Source of the DNA: Isurus oxyrinchus
Taxonomy: Eukaryota
NCBI GenBank assembly: GCA_026770705.1
Contig: JANJGN010000301.1
Location: 372,001 to 436,000 of the forward strand
Length of the DNA: 64,000 bases
Direction: 5' to 3'
In this document: positions 1-13,540 of the stretch, one piece after another
How positions within the stretch are numbered: the stretch's first letter is position 1
Layout of the letters: each line of letters starts with the position of its first letter
The notes under the pieces: generated by a model
Told to the model about the DNA's origin: nothing
Seen by the model: only the letters and a program-made list of their open reading frames with translations
Database searches by the model: none
Position numbers and translations under genes: made by a program

Positions 1-14
1 GTGTTTCCAAAGCA

Positions 15-952
15 TTATGTGAAACAACAGCATGATCTCCAGTTAAAGTTCTGGGACCTGAAAATGCCCAGCATGGGATTTAGAAAAGCAGAGAAGGAAG
101 TGACAACCTACACGTAAAATGGAAATTTGCACCAGTAAAATGCTGTGACTGGATATGATGGATCTAGCAGATCCTGAGCCCCGTAGTACAGTTCAGGGAC
201 GTGATAACGGGCACAGCAGAAAAGGAGAAGAGCCAACATTCCAGCATCTACCTCCAAAATTTTATTTTCATCAACTCCATGGGTTGCTTCCCAGTTCCCA
301 CTCCTGTTAGTTTCTGTGATGTTAGTACATAGAAGATGAACAGAATCAGGGCTGGAATGGCGAACAACATAATTTCAGAAATCAGCATGAAGATTTCCTG
401 TGGCCTCCACACCGTGGACATTTCCTTGCATGAAACTCTATTATATAATATTCTTATCATTCTGAAAAGAATAATTAAACTCAGAGCTAAGACTTCCAGC
501 CAAGTTTCAATAGACAGTGCAACATAGTATTGATGCTTTCTCCAGGCCTGAGACCTGGTGGGGTATGCAACAGCTATGTATTGGTCAACAACAATGCAGG
601 TCAAGAAAGGTGCATTGGCATAAAAGTTGACTGTATACAAGAGAAGGATAAAATTATTATATAACTGCATTGCAATATCATCTAGGGTAATAGCAATAAT
701 ATCAAGTGTGGATGCAACAATAACCAACAAGTTGGTGATGGTTAAGTCCAGCACAAGCGCTTCAGATGCTGACGAGAGTTTCTTTAATCTAATGATATGC
801 CACTATGCAATTGCGTTCCCATTAATACCCGAAACAAATAATAAGCTAAAGAGGCAGAGGAAGGCGGTCGTTTTAACCTAATCCAAAGCATGGAATGTGC
901 TGTTAGTTGAGGACACAAGACTTGTATTTCCACTCTGATTGGATGGGTTCAT
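15..952 (-). pseudogene. Intronless class A (rhodopsin-like, P2Y/lipid-receptor-like) GPCR pseudogene
   Basis: Manual translation from ATG 952: MNPSNQSGNTS (N-glycosylation sites), TM1 GINGNAIA, TM2 LDLTITNLL, TM3 FLTCIVVDQYIAVAYP (DRY-like). After a frameshift near 260 come TM6 LLFCCARYH and TM7 FLNPML, with TAA at 15-17. Three in-frame TAG stops plus one frameshift. Confidence 0.8.
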
Positions 953-1959
953 CTCAGGCCAGGGTGTGAGAACTGTTATGTTCCAGCTCACAAATTTATC
1001 AATTTGATGTAACGTAGAAAATGGAGAGCAGTGGAGAAAATAATAAAGGTATATCGTACAATAGCAGTTGAGACTATGCGGTCAGATTATTGGCTGTTAA
1101 GTTCCCACTTTTATCTCCATAACATCAATACTATTTCATTAATACAGTCTGGCTAATGTACTTCTCGGAAAACTATGGATACCAACTGATATGAGAGATC
1201 CCTGTGGGGACTGCATGTGGGAATCAGAATCCTGTAAAGTGACAGATGGGAATAAAGTTATTGAAGTACTCAAAATAATGTCATCCGATATGCTGGAAAG
1301 CGAGCTATCTAGACACTGACTAATGTTTCTTACTCTCCCTCAGAAAATGCCTGTCCGCTGATTGATTAATCTAATGACTCCCCCTGTGCACGGACAGTTA
1401 TTTCCCCACCTCTCTGTTCAAGCGAGATATTTGCAAACTGCCTCTACCACAATGACCCTCAATCTCTTTCCCTCGGGAAGATGTTTGAACGCTGTCTGAA
1501 ATTCCCTAGCCTTTACGTTTTATCTAGATGAAAAGTGATTAACGACTCCGAATCCCAACCGCTCATGGAAATATCTGCACGCTGGCTCATGTCTTCCAGT
1601 CCCTCAGCTCAGAAAGATATTAGCATACTGATTTGTATCTTTCCATGCCTCCATCTCAATGAAATATCTGTGCACTAACCTATTCTTCTCAGACGCCTTT
1701 TCTGGGGAGATATCTGTACGCTGACTGACATTGCTTAAGTTTTTCTCTCACAGGATGATAAATGACCACTGACTGGTGTCACCCTTTGCGCTTTGAGTCA
1801 GCAAAATATCTAATCATTGCATGGTGCCCCTAAGCCCCTCTCTCTGGGTTATATCTGCACATTGACTGCTTGCTCTCAGTCCCTTCTCGAAGGCGGGGGT
1901 GGGAGGTGGGGGAGGGGTGGCGGTGGGGTGTGGGTGTGTGTGAGGGGGAAGGAGCGGAG

Positions 1960-2480
1960 AAGGTGGCGTAGCGTTATTGCCACTGGGCTGGTAATACAGC
2001 GACCCAGAGTAATGCTCTGCACACTGGGGCTCGAAACAATGTGGGTGACCCTGTAATGGCCTAGCAGGTTACTCAGTTGTAACAAGCCGCTAGAAAGCAT
2101 GTAAGAAGTGAAACCGGACGAGCAACCCTGCATCAACCAAGGCACCGGAAAGAACAACAGCAAACTCAACCCTGTCGAAGCTGCAAAATCCTTCTTACTG
2201 ACATCTGGAGGTCTTGTGCTAAGCTTGGGAGAGCTGTCTCGCAGACTTGACAAGCAACAGCCTGAAATGGTCATCCTCAGGGAATCATACATGACTGATA
2301 GTGCCCCAGACACCACCATCACCATCCCCTGGGTATGTCCTGCCCCACCGGCAGGGACAGATCCTGCAGAAGTTGTGCTACCGTGGGGTATACAATCGGA
2401 AGGGAGTTACTCTGGGAGCCCTCAACATTGACTCCGGGCCACACAAAGTCTGATTACATTTGGTCAAACATGGGCATCTA
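1960..2480 (+). mobile_element. Degraded LINE fragment (5'/endonuclease region, L2/CR1-group family)
   Basis: ORF LGELSRRLDKQQPEMVILRESY resembles the start of an APE endonuclease domain. Confidence 0.55.
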
Positions 2481-4149
2481 CCCCTGATAACCTTTGATTC
2501 CCTTGCCTAACAAGAATCTACCTATTGGATCGGATGTCAGTACACACTGAGATTTCCATATCCTCAGTTCGACATTCAACATTTTCCAAATTGTCAACAT
2601 GAAATGCAAACAACCATTGAACGACCATGGCAACGCATTCATCCAAATTTAAAGTAATTCATTCACTGCTGAGGTTTTTCTTACCTCTAGTATTTGCCAT
2701 CTCCAAAGTAAATAACTCTCTCCCTCTCGTGTCGCAGGATATGTCTGTTCCCTTATGCAGCAAAATCTATCTCAGCTCCATTATGTCTCTATCTTTCTAG
2801 CTAGTGATTAGACCCCTGTTTTAGACTGATGCAGGACTAAGAAGGGAAAACCGAGCGGGAAATTTGCCTAACACTCCAGCTCTCTTTTTCTACATGTAAT
2901 TGTGCCGGCTATTTTTTTAAAAAAGGAAGACGCCACTGGTTTGTGTAATGAATTATTCATTTATTTACTCAAATGATGAACTTTGTATACCGATTGTCAA
3001 GGAAATAATTACAAACACAGGTGAGGAAACATACCATTCGAAAATGTACCACATTTCCTTGAGGATAGAACTCTTCCTTGGTCTCCTCCTATCCTGCCTT
3101 CTGATAATAAGTAACTTTATTAATTAAACACTCTAGTCCGTATTTGGTAAACACCCATATTACCTCTCCTAACATGACTCCAGACTGGAGGAACCATTTC
3201 AGTTGTTATTTCCTTCTGAAGCCTCCAACCATTCAAGGTTGAATGCACCGTTTCCGTCTAGATGGAACCTTGTTGCACATCCCTCATGGGAACAGAGGAA
3301 CGGAGGACTTACGAGCAGAAATAGGCATTTCGGCACTAGGATTCTGCTCCATCTTTCGATAAAATCATGGCAGATCTCGTTATGGTCTCAAGTCAACATT
3401 CCATTCTGGAAACTATATTTGCCTCTCAAAACAAATATCCAATTTAGCCTTGAATAAAGTCAATGACCCAGACACCACCGTTTTCTGAGAAAGAGAATTT
3501 CACAGGCGAACGACCATCTCCTCATCTCTCTCTTGAACAGGAGGCTGCTTGTTTTGAAACAATGTGCCCCTCGCTCCAGTTCTAGATCTCATAATCTGGT
3601 GAAGGATTAGAAAATAGTTTGTTTCATATTCAATCCTGCTCTGAACTCTAAGATCCAGCGTCCTTTTTTCCAACATTTTTGCCTCCAGTTCATCACTAAT
3701 TTAATGTCAGATTGTCTTACTTCAGTGAAGCGAATTCTCCACTCTGAATTAGGAGGTTATATCCTCACTCAAGATAGAACCCATCATCTCGGCCGCATTC
3801 ACTGCTCACGCTCTAAGAACACTGGTGGTGCTGCCTGCTTGGACGAGAGATTAAACATTCTTCCATAATTCGTGCCAACTCCAGCCAATTCAATTTTCCC
3901 TCCTAACATACCTAATGGAAAGTACCTGTGTGAAAGGGTCAGATTGCACTTACACTCTCTCGCCTCTGCAGAGCCCCATCACTTCCGTTTTACATGTGTG
4001 TCTCGGCTGCAGGGGATTTCGGGTGTTGGATTCAACTCAACTTCTCTGCTTCGCACAATGTCCCAAATCTTGCTATTTCCATTTAAAAAGGATATCAGCT
4101 CATATTGAAAGGGAGACGGAATGGATGATTTTGAAGTGGGCCTCAGTTG

Positions 4150-4263
4150 CATCCGCACTGCAGTGGTTCAAGGCAGCTCACCACCACCTTCTCAAGGGCA
4201 ACTAGGGATGGGCAATAGATGCTGGCCCAGCCAGCGAAGCCCACATCCCTTGAATGAATAAAA
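4150..4263 (+). mobile_element. LINE 3' end, recurrent family
   Basis: gcagctcaccaccaccttctcaagggcaactagggatgggcaa...tgaatgaataaaa recurs at about 20900 (-), 33600, 41820, 53960 and 57760. Confidence 0.7.
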
Positions 4264-5719
4264 ACACTCCACTGGTCTAACTCTCCCTAAACATTCCAGC
4301 CCCATTGCAGCTGTAGGGAATTTCCAATTACAGAAACATCCTGACCTCTCTGCTTCCCAAATTAGTCCAACTGTTGCTCGTTAGCTGCAAATACGAACTT
4401 GAAAACAAAGCCTGATGCTGAAGTGATCACAGATTGCATGTCCTTAACCTGGGATTGGATTGTTTCTGCGTGCCCTTTCTCGAAGTTCCCGGCCCTCAGA
4501 CCCCACCCCAGATGATCGGTCATGTTTCCTTATGTGAAACGCCCGTGGAGGTGACGAATAACTCCCTAAAGCAAGCCACACGCAGCAGTAAAAAACACAC
4601 CAATTGTTTTTTTATATTCTATTCATGGTCCATTCAGTGAAGCTCTCATGAGGCTGGAAAGCCTCCTGGGAGTCCCGGCTGATAGGTTCTGCTGCATTTT
4701 GTCCTCAGTCTAAACTTTCCCCGTTGCCCTACATTACATAACACTGCAGCTACAGCTTATCCTGAATGCATTACTTTAAAACCTCCGTAAGTTACTTTTA
4801 CTCTGATGCTCCACCCTTTGCTGTTGAATTTTCATCAATTTTCCTGTTGAGCATCAAATTGAAAGTTGAGAGAGCCACATCTAAAACGGCAAAAACGACG
4901 TGCATTTATATAGGTCCTTTAATGGAGTTATACAACCTACAGTCCTTCGCAGGGCCATTTTCAAAGAAAATTACAAAGCGAAATACTTAGGGAGACGGTA
5001 GGTCAGAGCAGCAAAAACTTGCTCGAAGGAATAGGTTTTAAGAAGTGTCTCAAAGGAGAATAGTTATTGATCAGCTGTGATTTGATACAAATGCCAGCAC
5101 TCGACTAAATATGCATCGAGCACCTGGTTGGGATGCCAATGCAGCGAATCCAAACCTCTTATCGAGCTGAGATCTGGAGAGATTATTGTAGTGAAAGGGC
5201 TTGATCAGCCTCCTGCGTTTGTTACCGTTCTCTACACTTAGCCATCGTGTTTGTCATGTTATTTATGAAACTACATTTGAAAACCTTATGTCTCCAAGGA
5301 TCATTGGCCTTGGGGGAGTTGCAGAGTCCATTTACTATATTGCTAGTGTTCCGTGATTATAGATAATGAAAGAGATAAAGTTGCAGTTGAAGGGACAGAT
5401 AACCATATTGAATAATTGGTAGATGCAGTGATAGACACAGTGATTGAGACAGGTGAACTGACACATGGAGGCACAAGTCGAAAGTTCAATCATGAGGCCA
5501 ATTAGGACGTGAAAAGGGCAGAGATAAATATAGATGCAAATATATATATTTCACATGGAGATAGAGTGAGATTGGGACGTTTAGGGAGAGATGCATTGGC
5601 ATCCTGCCATTCACAAGATATAATGATGATGATGAGCACGCAGCGCACAATACATTTAGGTGGGGTCTATTGTCCCACCGACCCCACCCCCCCCCCCCCC
5701 CCCCCCCCACTCCCGACCC

Positions 5720-5860
5720 CTTAAACCAGCTAATATTTCACCTCTATTCTATTTTTACTTAGTTCTGTTGAAGGGTCGTTCGGACTCGAAACATTAACTG
5801 TGTTCCTCTCCGCAGCTGCTGCCAGGCCTGCTGAGTTTTCCAGCAATTATTGTTTTTTGT
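5720..5860 (-). mobile_element. Terminal fragment of a recurrent Penelope-like repeat
   Basis: Reverse complement of ctggaaaactcagcagg(t)ctggcagc, also seen at about 8060, 35035 and 37640. Confidence 0.5.
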
Positions 5861-5899
5861 GTAAGTGGGGTCTATTACCTGAGTGTACCTTTGCTGAGG

Positions 5900-6850
5900 G
5901 ATGCGAGGGCCAACTCTTAAGAGGCAGGTTCAGCCACAATTGCAGCACATGAAGTAACGTTGCAGTTTGTTGCTCTTAACATGAGCGCCTGTTGCCAGGC
6001 TGCAGTAGCCATTGGTCACGGGGGTAGTGGACGTCAGCGCTCAAAAGGTTTCGCCCTTTGTCCCATTTGCCAGTTACTGACGTCCTGTGCCAACCGTGGG
6101 TGTTCAGGCCCTTCACATCACGCCTGCACGCCCCCTTGAAGCGGGGCCTTGGCGCTCAGGTGGTCGCCTGGCTCGTGATAAGTCACCATACAGAAGATAC
6201 CTGGGTTTTTGGCTATCTTCCATTTTGTGGTTATGCCCGATCCACCGAAGCTGCCACTGTTTGATTGGTGCCAGCACACTCGGGAGATCTGCCTTTGAAA
6301 GAACTGTCGAATCCGTGATTCTGTCCGGGTGGACTCTGCCCAGAATGCACCACAGGCAGCGAAGATGGAAATTATTGAGCTTCTTTGACTGGTAGCCATA
6401 AGTCGCCAATATAATACCGCTATGAAACAAGGTTCTGAGAACATGGGCCTTATAAACAATCAGCCTGACCTAAAGTGGCAGTTCTGAGTTATACCATGCA
6501 CGTTTCGTGGGTTGGGCAAAGGTAGTTTTTACAATCCCATGCATACATGGGGCTTTGCATCAAGGGATTGATACTGTGGACCTTAGATAGCAGAAGTTGC
6601 TAATCACTTCGAATGGGTGACTCTTTGCTGTGATCAGTCGCGGAGATACCCGCTGAAACCTTGTCCCATGTCCATAGCTTACTTGACACTGATACTCAGG
6701 GCAAACCAGTGACAGACATGGGAGAGACAACCCATGAGCATCGTCAGTGCAGAGGGATCTCCTGATCGGGACACGGTGTGCTTTTGTATTTGCTTTCAAT
6801 CCTGAAAGATTGTAAAGCTTGCTGTTTGGCATAGTCTGCAGGTAGACTGC
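5900..6850 (-). mobile_element. RTE-clade LINE, degraded reverse transcriptase C-terminal part
   Basis: ORF 6113-6430 KKLNNFHLRCLWCILG...QLRWIGH..MEDSQKPRYLLYGDL is typical of an RTE/BovB-like ORF end. Confidence 0.75.
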
Positions 6851-7229
6851 TCCCACAATGAGGAACAGACATAGATAAAAAGAAAGAAAGGTAGAAACAC
6901 ATAGAGATATAGTGGTATAGAGCGACATGCAGGAAGATAATGAAATATAGATAGAGAGATAGATAGATATTTGGAGAGACAGAGGTACATAGACAATAAT
7001 GGAACGATTATGGGATACGTTGATAGATGGGCACTTAATGATGCTTAGATAGAAAGATGGCAATGCATGATAGTTAGATGGAAATACACGGTGAAAGATA
7101 CTGAGAGTGATAGGCAGATAGAAAGATATATACATAGACAGAGGAGTAAATAAATGGACAGATGGCAAGTACATGAGTAAACAACATTTACAAAACCCAC
7201 AAAATACATCGAGATAGACACACGTTTAA

Positions 7230-7720
7230 GTTCATGAAGAATTGAAAGACACTAGAGAGGTTCAGAAACGTCTTTTGGAAATTGTTGCAAGTTTGAGGAA
7301 CTTTATTTACGTGGATAGATTGCAGAATTTGGCATGAACTTCCTTGAAGTAAGGAAGATTGAAAGGCAATTTGACAGAGGTCTTCAAAATCAGGGTGGGT
7401 CTTCACAGACTAGACAGGGAAAATCGTTCCCACTGGAGCAAGGATCGAGAACCAGAGGGCACACGCTTAAGGCAATTGAGAGAGGAAACAATCCAACGAG
7501 GAGAAAACCCTCTTCACACTGTGGGTGATTTGGATCTGGAATTAACTGCCTGAGAATGTGATGCAGGCAGGATCAATTCATGCTTTCAGAAAGGAATTAG
7601 ATTATTATCCGAAAAGACAAAATATTGCAGCACTATGGGGAAAAGGGTGGCATACGTGATAGGAAGGGCCGACTGGCCTCCTTTTGTGTAGTAAGAATTA
7701 TGTTGTTCTGTGATTAACAT
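7230..7720 (+). mobile_element. CR1 LINE 3' fragment
   Basis: GNLTEVFKI...LDRE...RTRGH motif and CR1-like 3' tail. Confidence 0.7.
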
Positions 7721-8006
7721 ATAAAGCAGTCACAGAATTCGGCATTCCCAGCATCTGCAATAGCAGGTATGCCCAGTAGATGGCAGTGAAACCGTGATTG
7801 TTGACATTACCTGAAGTGCGCACTGTCTGCACTGTACCGTGTCTCTGTTCAGACTGAAGAAGGCCCGCTGTCTACTTGTATTGCGCTAATTCATCTCCCT
7901 GATCCTAAGACAGCAGGCTGTGTCTCAGTTACTTCTGTAAAAGGCTCAATCTCAGTTGTTAATATACTGGACCAAGGCCATCTTGCACCAGCAATTCTCT
8001 CAGTTA

Positions 8007-8500
8007 TAAAAACAAAGAAAACTGCGGATGCTGGAAATCCAAAACAAAAACAGAATGACCTGGAAAAACTCAGCAGGTCTGGCAGCATCGGCGGAGAAGA
8101 AAAGAGTTGACGTTTCGAGTCCTCATGACCCTTCGACAGAACTTGATTTCGAGTCCAAGAAAGAGTTGAAATATAAGCTGGTTTAAGGTGTGTGTGTGTG
8201 GGGGGCGGGGGGGGGGGGGGGGGGGCGGAGAGACAGAGAGAGAGAGAGGTGGTTGTGTAGACAAACAAGCAGTGATAGAAGCAGATCATCAAAAGATGTC
8301 AGCGACAATGGTACAAAAGAACACATAGGTGTTAAAGTTAAAGTTGGTGATATTATCTAAACGAATGTGCTAATTAAGAATGGATGGTAGGGCACTCAAG
8401 GTACAGCTCTAGTGGGGGTGGGGGGAGCATAAAAGATTTTAAAATATTTAAAAATAATGGAAATAGGTGGGAAAAGAAAAATCTATAAAATTTATAGGGA
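8007..8500 (+). mobile_element. Penelope-like repeat fragment
   Basis: Same terminal sequence as 5720-5860 (-), 34987-35260 and 37625-38300. Family assignment is from recall of shark repeats. Confidence 0.5.
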
Positions 8501-8559
8501 CTGTATTGAAGGTTATCATTGAGAGAAATGCAGGAGAACTGTTAAGAAATGGTTTTAGA

Positions 8560-9130
8560 TAAATTTGTTAATTATACTTAGCTAATTATTCTTAGCTAAT
8601 ATGGCAATAGTCATGTTTCAATTGTTACTGCACCAGAATTTGTCTTTGCTTATACTAAACCAGAACATGTTCCTGCTTGCATTTCATGAGGCTCTGTCTC
8701 AGTTATTAATACGGGAATCCCTGCCGAGTTCATACTAAACTAGAAGATGTCTCAGCTAATGCTGCATCGGTCTATGTCTCTGTTTTTATCACACGATACC
8801 CTGTGTCTGTTATTGTTGTGCTACAACATGTCTCTCTCATTGCTGTACATGTCCACATCTCTGTTTACCTTTGTTGGTAATTACTGCACTAGGCTCTGTC
8901 TCAGTTTATATCACACAGTTTCCTAAATCGGTTAAAGCTGCAATGGGCCCTGTATTTCTTAATATAACACTAGTCACTGTTTCTGTTATTACAGCACTAG
9001 CCCATATCTCCGCTTGTAATGTACTAGACCTAGTCTCTGTTATTCTGTGCCCCTGTGAGATGGACAGATAATATTATAAGTAAAGATGCTGTGCTCGTAA
9101 TTGGCCTGTGAATTTGGCCTAAACGGGCGG
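8560..9130. repeat. Diverged AT-rich tandem repeat (about 40-bp units, tgtctcagttattactgcactag-like)
   Basis: Recurrent tctcagtt/ttattac/gcactag motifs; a related stretch lies at 7830-8000. Confidence 0.45.
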
Positions 9131-9829
9131 TATCGGAGTGGCCGTCCGTTCTGTGCTGCACCGATATTCAGTTTCAGTTCATCAATGGAATTACATTTCA
9201 GATATCGCCTGTTCTGTGCATTTGTATAGAAACAAATCATTTTTCATGCTTCCACTGTCATTCTACAAATATATAAGGTTTATCTTCACCAGAATGTTTC
9301 TGCATTTTATTTTCTCTGCTTCAAACTATAAATGCAGATCTTTTAATACCGAAAGTTTTATTGATATCATTTTCTGTTATGCATTCTTGTTTAGAAATTC
9401 GTGTCATATTAGCCATTCCATTGCTGAGGAGGGCATGTCTGTCAGAAAAACCGTTTAATCTCCCTCTTCTTTCTTTCTGAGAAAGCGGCTAATTCACTGA
9501 ACCACTTTGTTCTCTCTCTCTCTCTCTCTGTCTGTCTCTCTCACTCTCTCTCTTTCTCTCTCTCTCTCTCAATGCTTTCTTCCTCTTCCTCTTTCTCTCT
9601 CTCTCTATGAGACATTCTCCTTTTAATTATAAATCTCTTATTTTCTAATAAATCTCTTTATAAAAACCACTTTTTAACAATTCTCCTTCTTTTCTCTCAT
9701 TGATAACCTTCAGCCCATCCCGCCTTCAGTGAATCTGTTAAAACACAAACAGATCATGTATTTTCACTGTAGATTGTTTAATACTGTAATAACTTGTTCA
9801 TAACCATTCTGTTGTGTGGTCTAGATCTT

Positions 9830-12800
9830 GACCTTGCCCAACAGGTATGGGGTACTTGCTACCTGTATGGATGAGGAAGAGGGCTGTAGGGAGGATAAGC
9901 CAGCTGACCATGTCACCGTGGCACAGGAGGCCATTCAAGAGGGGTGACCAAAAAGACAAGTGGTAGCTGTAAGGGCTTCTATAATTAGGGGAATTGATAG
10001 CATTGCATGTAAGCAGGATCGGGAGTCCAGCATGGTGTGTTGCCTACCCAGTGCCAGGGTAAGCAACATCTCTGACTGGCTTGAAAGGATATTGGAGAGG
10101 GAGGGAGAAGATCGATTGGTTGTTCTCTACATCGGGACAAATAACATAGGTAACACTAGGAAAGATTCTTGTTTGGGGATTATCAGGAACTAGCAACTAA
10201 ATTAAAGAAAAGGTCCTCAAGGGTTATAATCTCCGGATAACTACCCGAGCCACGTCCAAATTGGCGCAGGGATGCGAGAATAAGGAAAGTAAATACGTGG
10301 CTAAAGGAGTGGGGCGGTAAGGGGGGTTCTATTTCATGGGGCACTGGCATCAGTAGTGGGACAGGAGGGATCTGTACCGTTGAGACTGTGTCCACCTGAA
10401 CTGATCTAGGGCCAATGTTCCAGCGAAAAGGGTAAATTAGGTGGTCAACAGGGGGAAGGGAAGGGTAAACTCCAAGAAGAATGACTAATGGGAAACAAAG
10501 CAGCAGGTTTGCGTGTGGGGAATGGAAAAATATCAAAAAGCTGAAAAGCAAGGAGAGCCCAGGAGAGAGTATTAAAGTCTTCAGAACACAAAATAGTACA
10601 GAGTCTTTGGAAAGGGCTCGGAATCTAACTTCAAGCACATCAGATAAAGGGACGGCAATGAGAAAGGGGACGGGAAATACTGGACTGAAGGTGTTGTATC
10701 TGAATGCATGCAGTTTACGAAATAAGGTAAATGAGCTTGTGGCGCAGATTGAAATTGGCAAGTATGATGTGGTGGGCATCAAGGAGACATGGCTGAAAGG
10801 GGATCAGGACCATTAGCTAAATATCCATGATGCACATCCTATCGAAACGAGAGGCAGGTTGGCTGAGGGGGTGAGGTTGCTTTGTTAGTAAGAAATTAAA
10901 TTAAATCGATAGCAAGAAACGACGTAGGGTCAGATGATGTAGAATCTGTGTGGGTAGAGTTGAGGAACGGCAAAGGTAAAAAATACATAATGGGAGTTAT
11001 GTACAGGCCTCCGAACAGTAGTCAGGATGTGGGGCACAAAATACACCAGGAGATAGAAAAAGCGTGCAAGAAAGGCAAGGCAACAGTGATCATGGGGGTT
11101 TCAACATGCAGGCAGACTGGGAAAATCAGGTTGGTAGTGGATCCCAAGAAAAGGAATTTGTGGAATGTCTACGAGATGGCTTTTTGGAGCAGCTTGTGGT
11201 GGAGCCCACTAGGGAACACGCAATTCTAGATTTAGTGATGTGTAATTAGGGAGATTTGATAAAGGGAGCTTATGGTAAAGGAACCCTTAGGAGGAAGTGA
11301 CCATATTGTGATAGAATTTACTCTGCAATTTGAAAGGAAAAAGCTGGAATCAGATGTAATGGTATTATAGTTGAATAAAGGCAACTACAGAGGCATGAGG
11401 GAGGAGCTGGCCAGAATTGACTGGGAGATGAGCCTAGCAGGAAAGACAGTGGAACAGCAACGGCAGGATTTTCGGGGAGTAATTTGGGAGACAGCAAAAA
11501 TTCATTCCGAGGAAGAAGACGCATACTAAAGGAAGGACGAGGCAACCATGGATGACAGGGGAAGTCAGGGACAGCATAAAATCTAAAGAGAAAGCACACA
11601 ATTCGGCGAAGAGCAGTTCGAAACCAGGGGATTGGAAGCCTAAAAAGACCAATAGAGGCAACAAAAAAATAAATAAGGAGGGAGAAGATTAAATATGAGG
11701 GCAATCTAGCCAGTAATATACAAGAAGATTGAAAGAGTCTTTTTTAGATATATAAAGGGTAAGAGAGAGGCATACGTGGACATTGGGCTGCTGGAGAAGT
11801 CGTAGTGGGGAACAAAGAAATGGTGTAGGAACTGAGTAGTTGCGTTAATCTTCACGGTGGAAGACACAAGTAACATCCCCAAAGTTCAGGAAAGTCGGAG
11901 GGGAGAGGTGACTATGGTAGCCATTACCAAGGAGAAGGTGCTAGGAAAACTGAAAGGTCTGAAGGTGGCTAAATCACGTGGACCAGATGGATTACACCCC
12001 AGAGTTCTGAAGGACATAGCTGAATAGATAGTGGAGACGTTAGTGTGATCTTTCAGGGATCATTCGAGTGAGGGAGGGCCCAATAGGACTGGAAAATCGC
12101 TAATGTAACCTGCCTGTTTAAGAAGGGAGTGAGGCAAAAGACGGGAAATTACAGGCTGATTAGCCTGACCTCTGTCGTTGGTAAGATTTTAGAGTCCATT
12201 ATTAAGGATGAGATTTCAGAATACTTGGAAGTGCATGGTAAAATAGGGAAAAGTCAACATGGTTCCATGAAGGGGAAGTCATGTCTGACAAATCTGTGAG
12301 AATTCTTTGAGGAGGTAACGAGTAGGTTAGACAAAAAAGAGCCAATTGATGTTATCTACTTGGACTGCCAGAAGGCCTTTGACAAGGTGTCGCACTGGAG
12401 ACTGCTCAGTAAGATAGGAACCCATGGCGTTAGAGGCAAGGTACTAGCATGGAGAGAAGATTGGCTGTCTGGCAGGAGGCAGAGAGTGGTGACAAGGAAG
12501 TCCTTCACAGGATGGCAGCTGATGACTAGTGGAGTTCTGCAGGTGTCAGTGTTGGGACCACAACTTTTCACTTTATAGATTAATGATCAAGATGAAGGAA
12601 CTGAGGGCATTCTGGCTAAGTTTGCAGATGATACAAAGATAGTTGGCTGGACAGGTAGTATTGAGGAGGCGGGGAGGCTGCAGAAGGATTTGGACAGGTT
12701 AGGTGAATAGGCAAAGAAGTGGTGGAGGGAATACAACGTGGGGACATGTGAGGTCTTGCACTTTGGTAGGAAGAATAGAAGCATAGACTATTTTCTAAAT

Positions 12801-13540
12801 GGGGAGATAATTCAGAAATCTGGAGTGCAATGTGACTGGGTGTCCTAGTCCAGGATTCTCTTAAGCTTAACTTGCAGGTCGAGTCGGTAGTTAGGAAGAC
12901 AAACGCAATGTTGGCATTTATTGCGAAGAGGACTAGAATATAAAAGCAGGGATGTGCTGCTGAGGCTTTATAAGGATCTGGTCAGAGCACATTTCGAATA
13001 TTGTGAGCATTTCTGAGCCCCATATCTCAGCAAAGATGTGTTGGCCCTGGAGAGGGTGCAGAGGAGGTTCACGAGAACGATCCCAGGAATGAAAGGCTTC
13101 AAATATGAGGAACGTTTGAGGACTCTGGGTCTACACTCGACGGAGTTTAGAAGGATCAGGGGGATCTGATTGAAACTTCCAGAATACTGAAAGGCCTGGA
13201 TAAAGTGGACGTGGGCAAGATATTTCTATTAGTAGGAGGGACTAGGACCCGAGAGCACAGCCTCAGAGTAAAGGGATGACCTTTTAGAACAGAGATGAGG
13301 AGAAACCTCTTTAGCCAGAGAGTGGTGAATCTATGGAATTTATTGCCACAGAAGGCTGTGGAGGTCAGGTCATTGAGTGTATTTAACGAGATAGATAGGT
13401 TTTCAATTGGTAAGGGGATCAAAGGTTACAGGGAGAAGGCGGGAGAATGGGGTTGAGAAACTTATCAGCCATGATTGAATGGCAGAGCAGACTCGATGGG
13501 CCGAATGGCCTAATTTCTGCTCCTATGTCGTATGGTCTTA
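9830..13540 (+). mobile_element. Near full-length CR1 LINE, degenerate (ORF1 esterase-like; ORF2 APE endonuclease + RT)
   Basis: ORF1 MVCCLPSARV...VVLYIGTNNIG. ORF2 LKVLYLNACSLRNKVNEL, YRPPNS, DCQKAFDKVSH, GVLQVSVLGPQLF, FADD. Tail ctcctatgtcgtatggtcttat. Many stops and frameshifts. Confidence 0.9.

Noticed and set aside
6560-7174. 204-aa hydrophobic ORF
   Set aside because: Low-complexity GATA-like sequence plus antisense or frameshifted RTE fragment.
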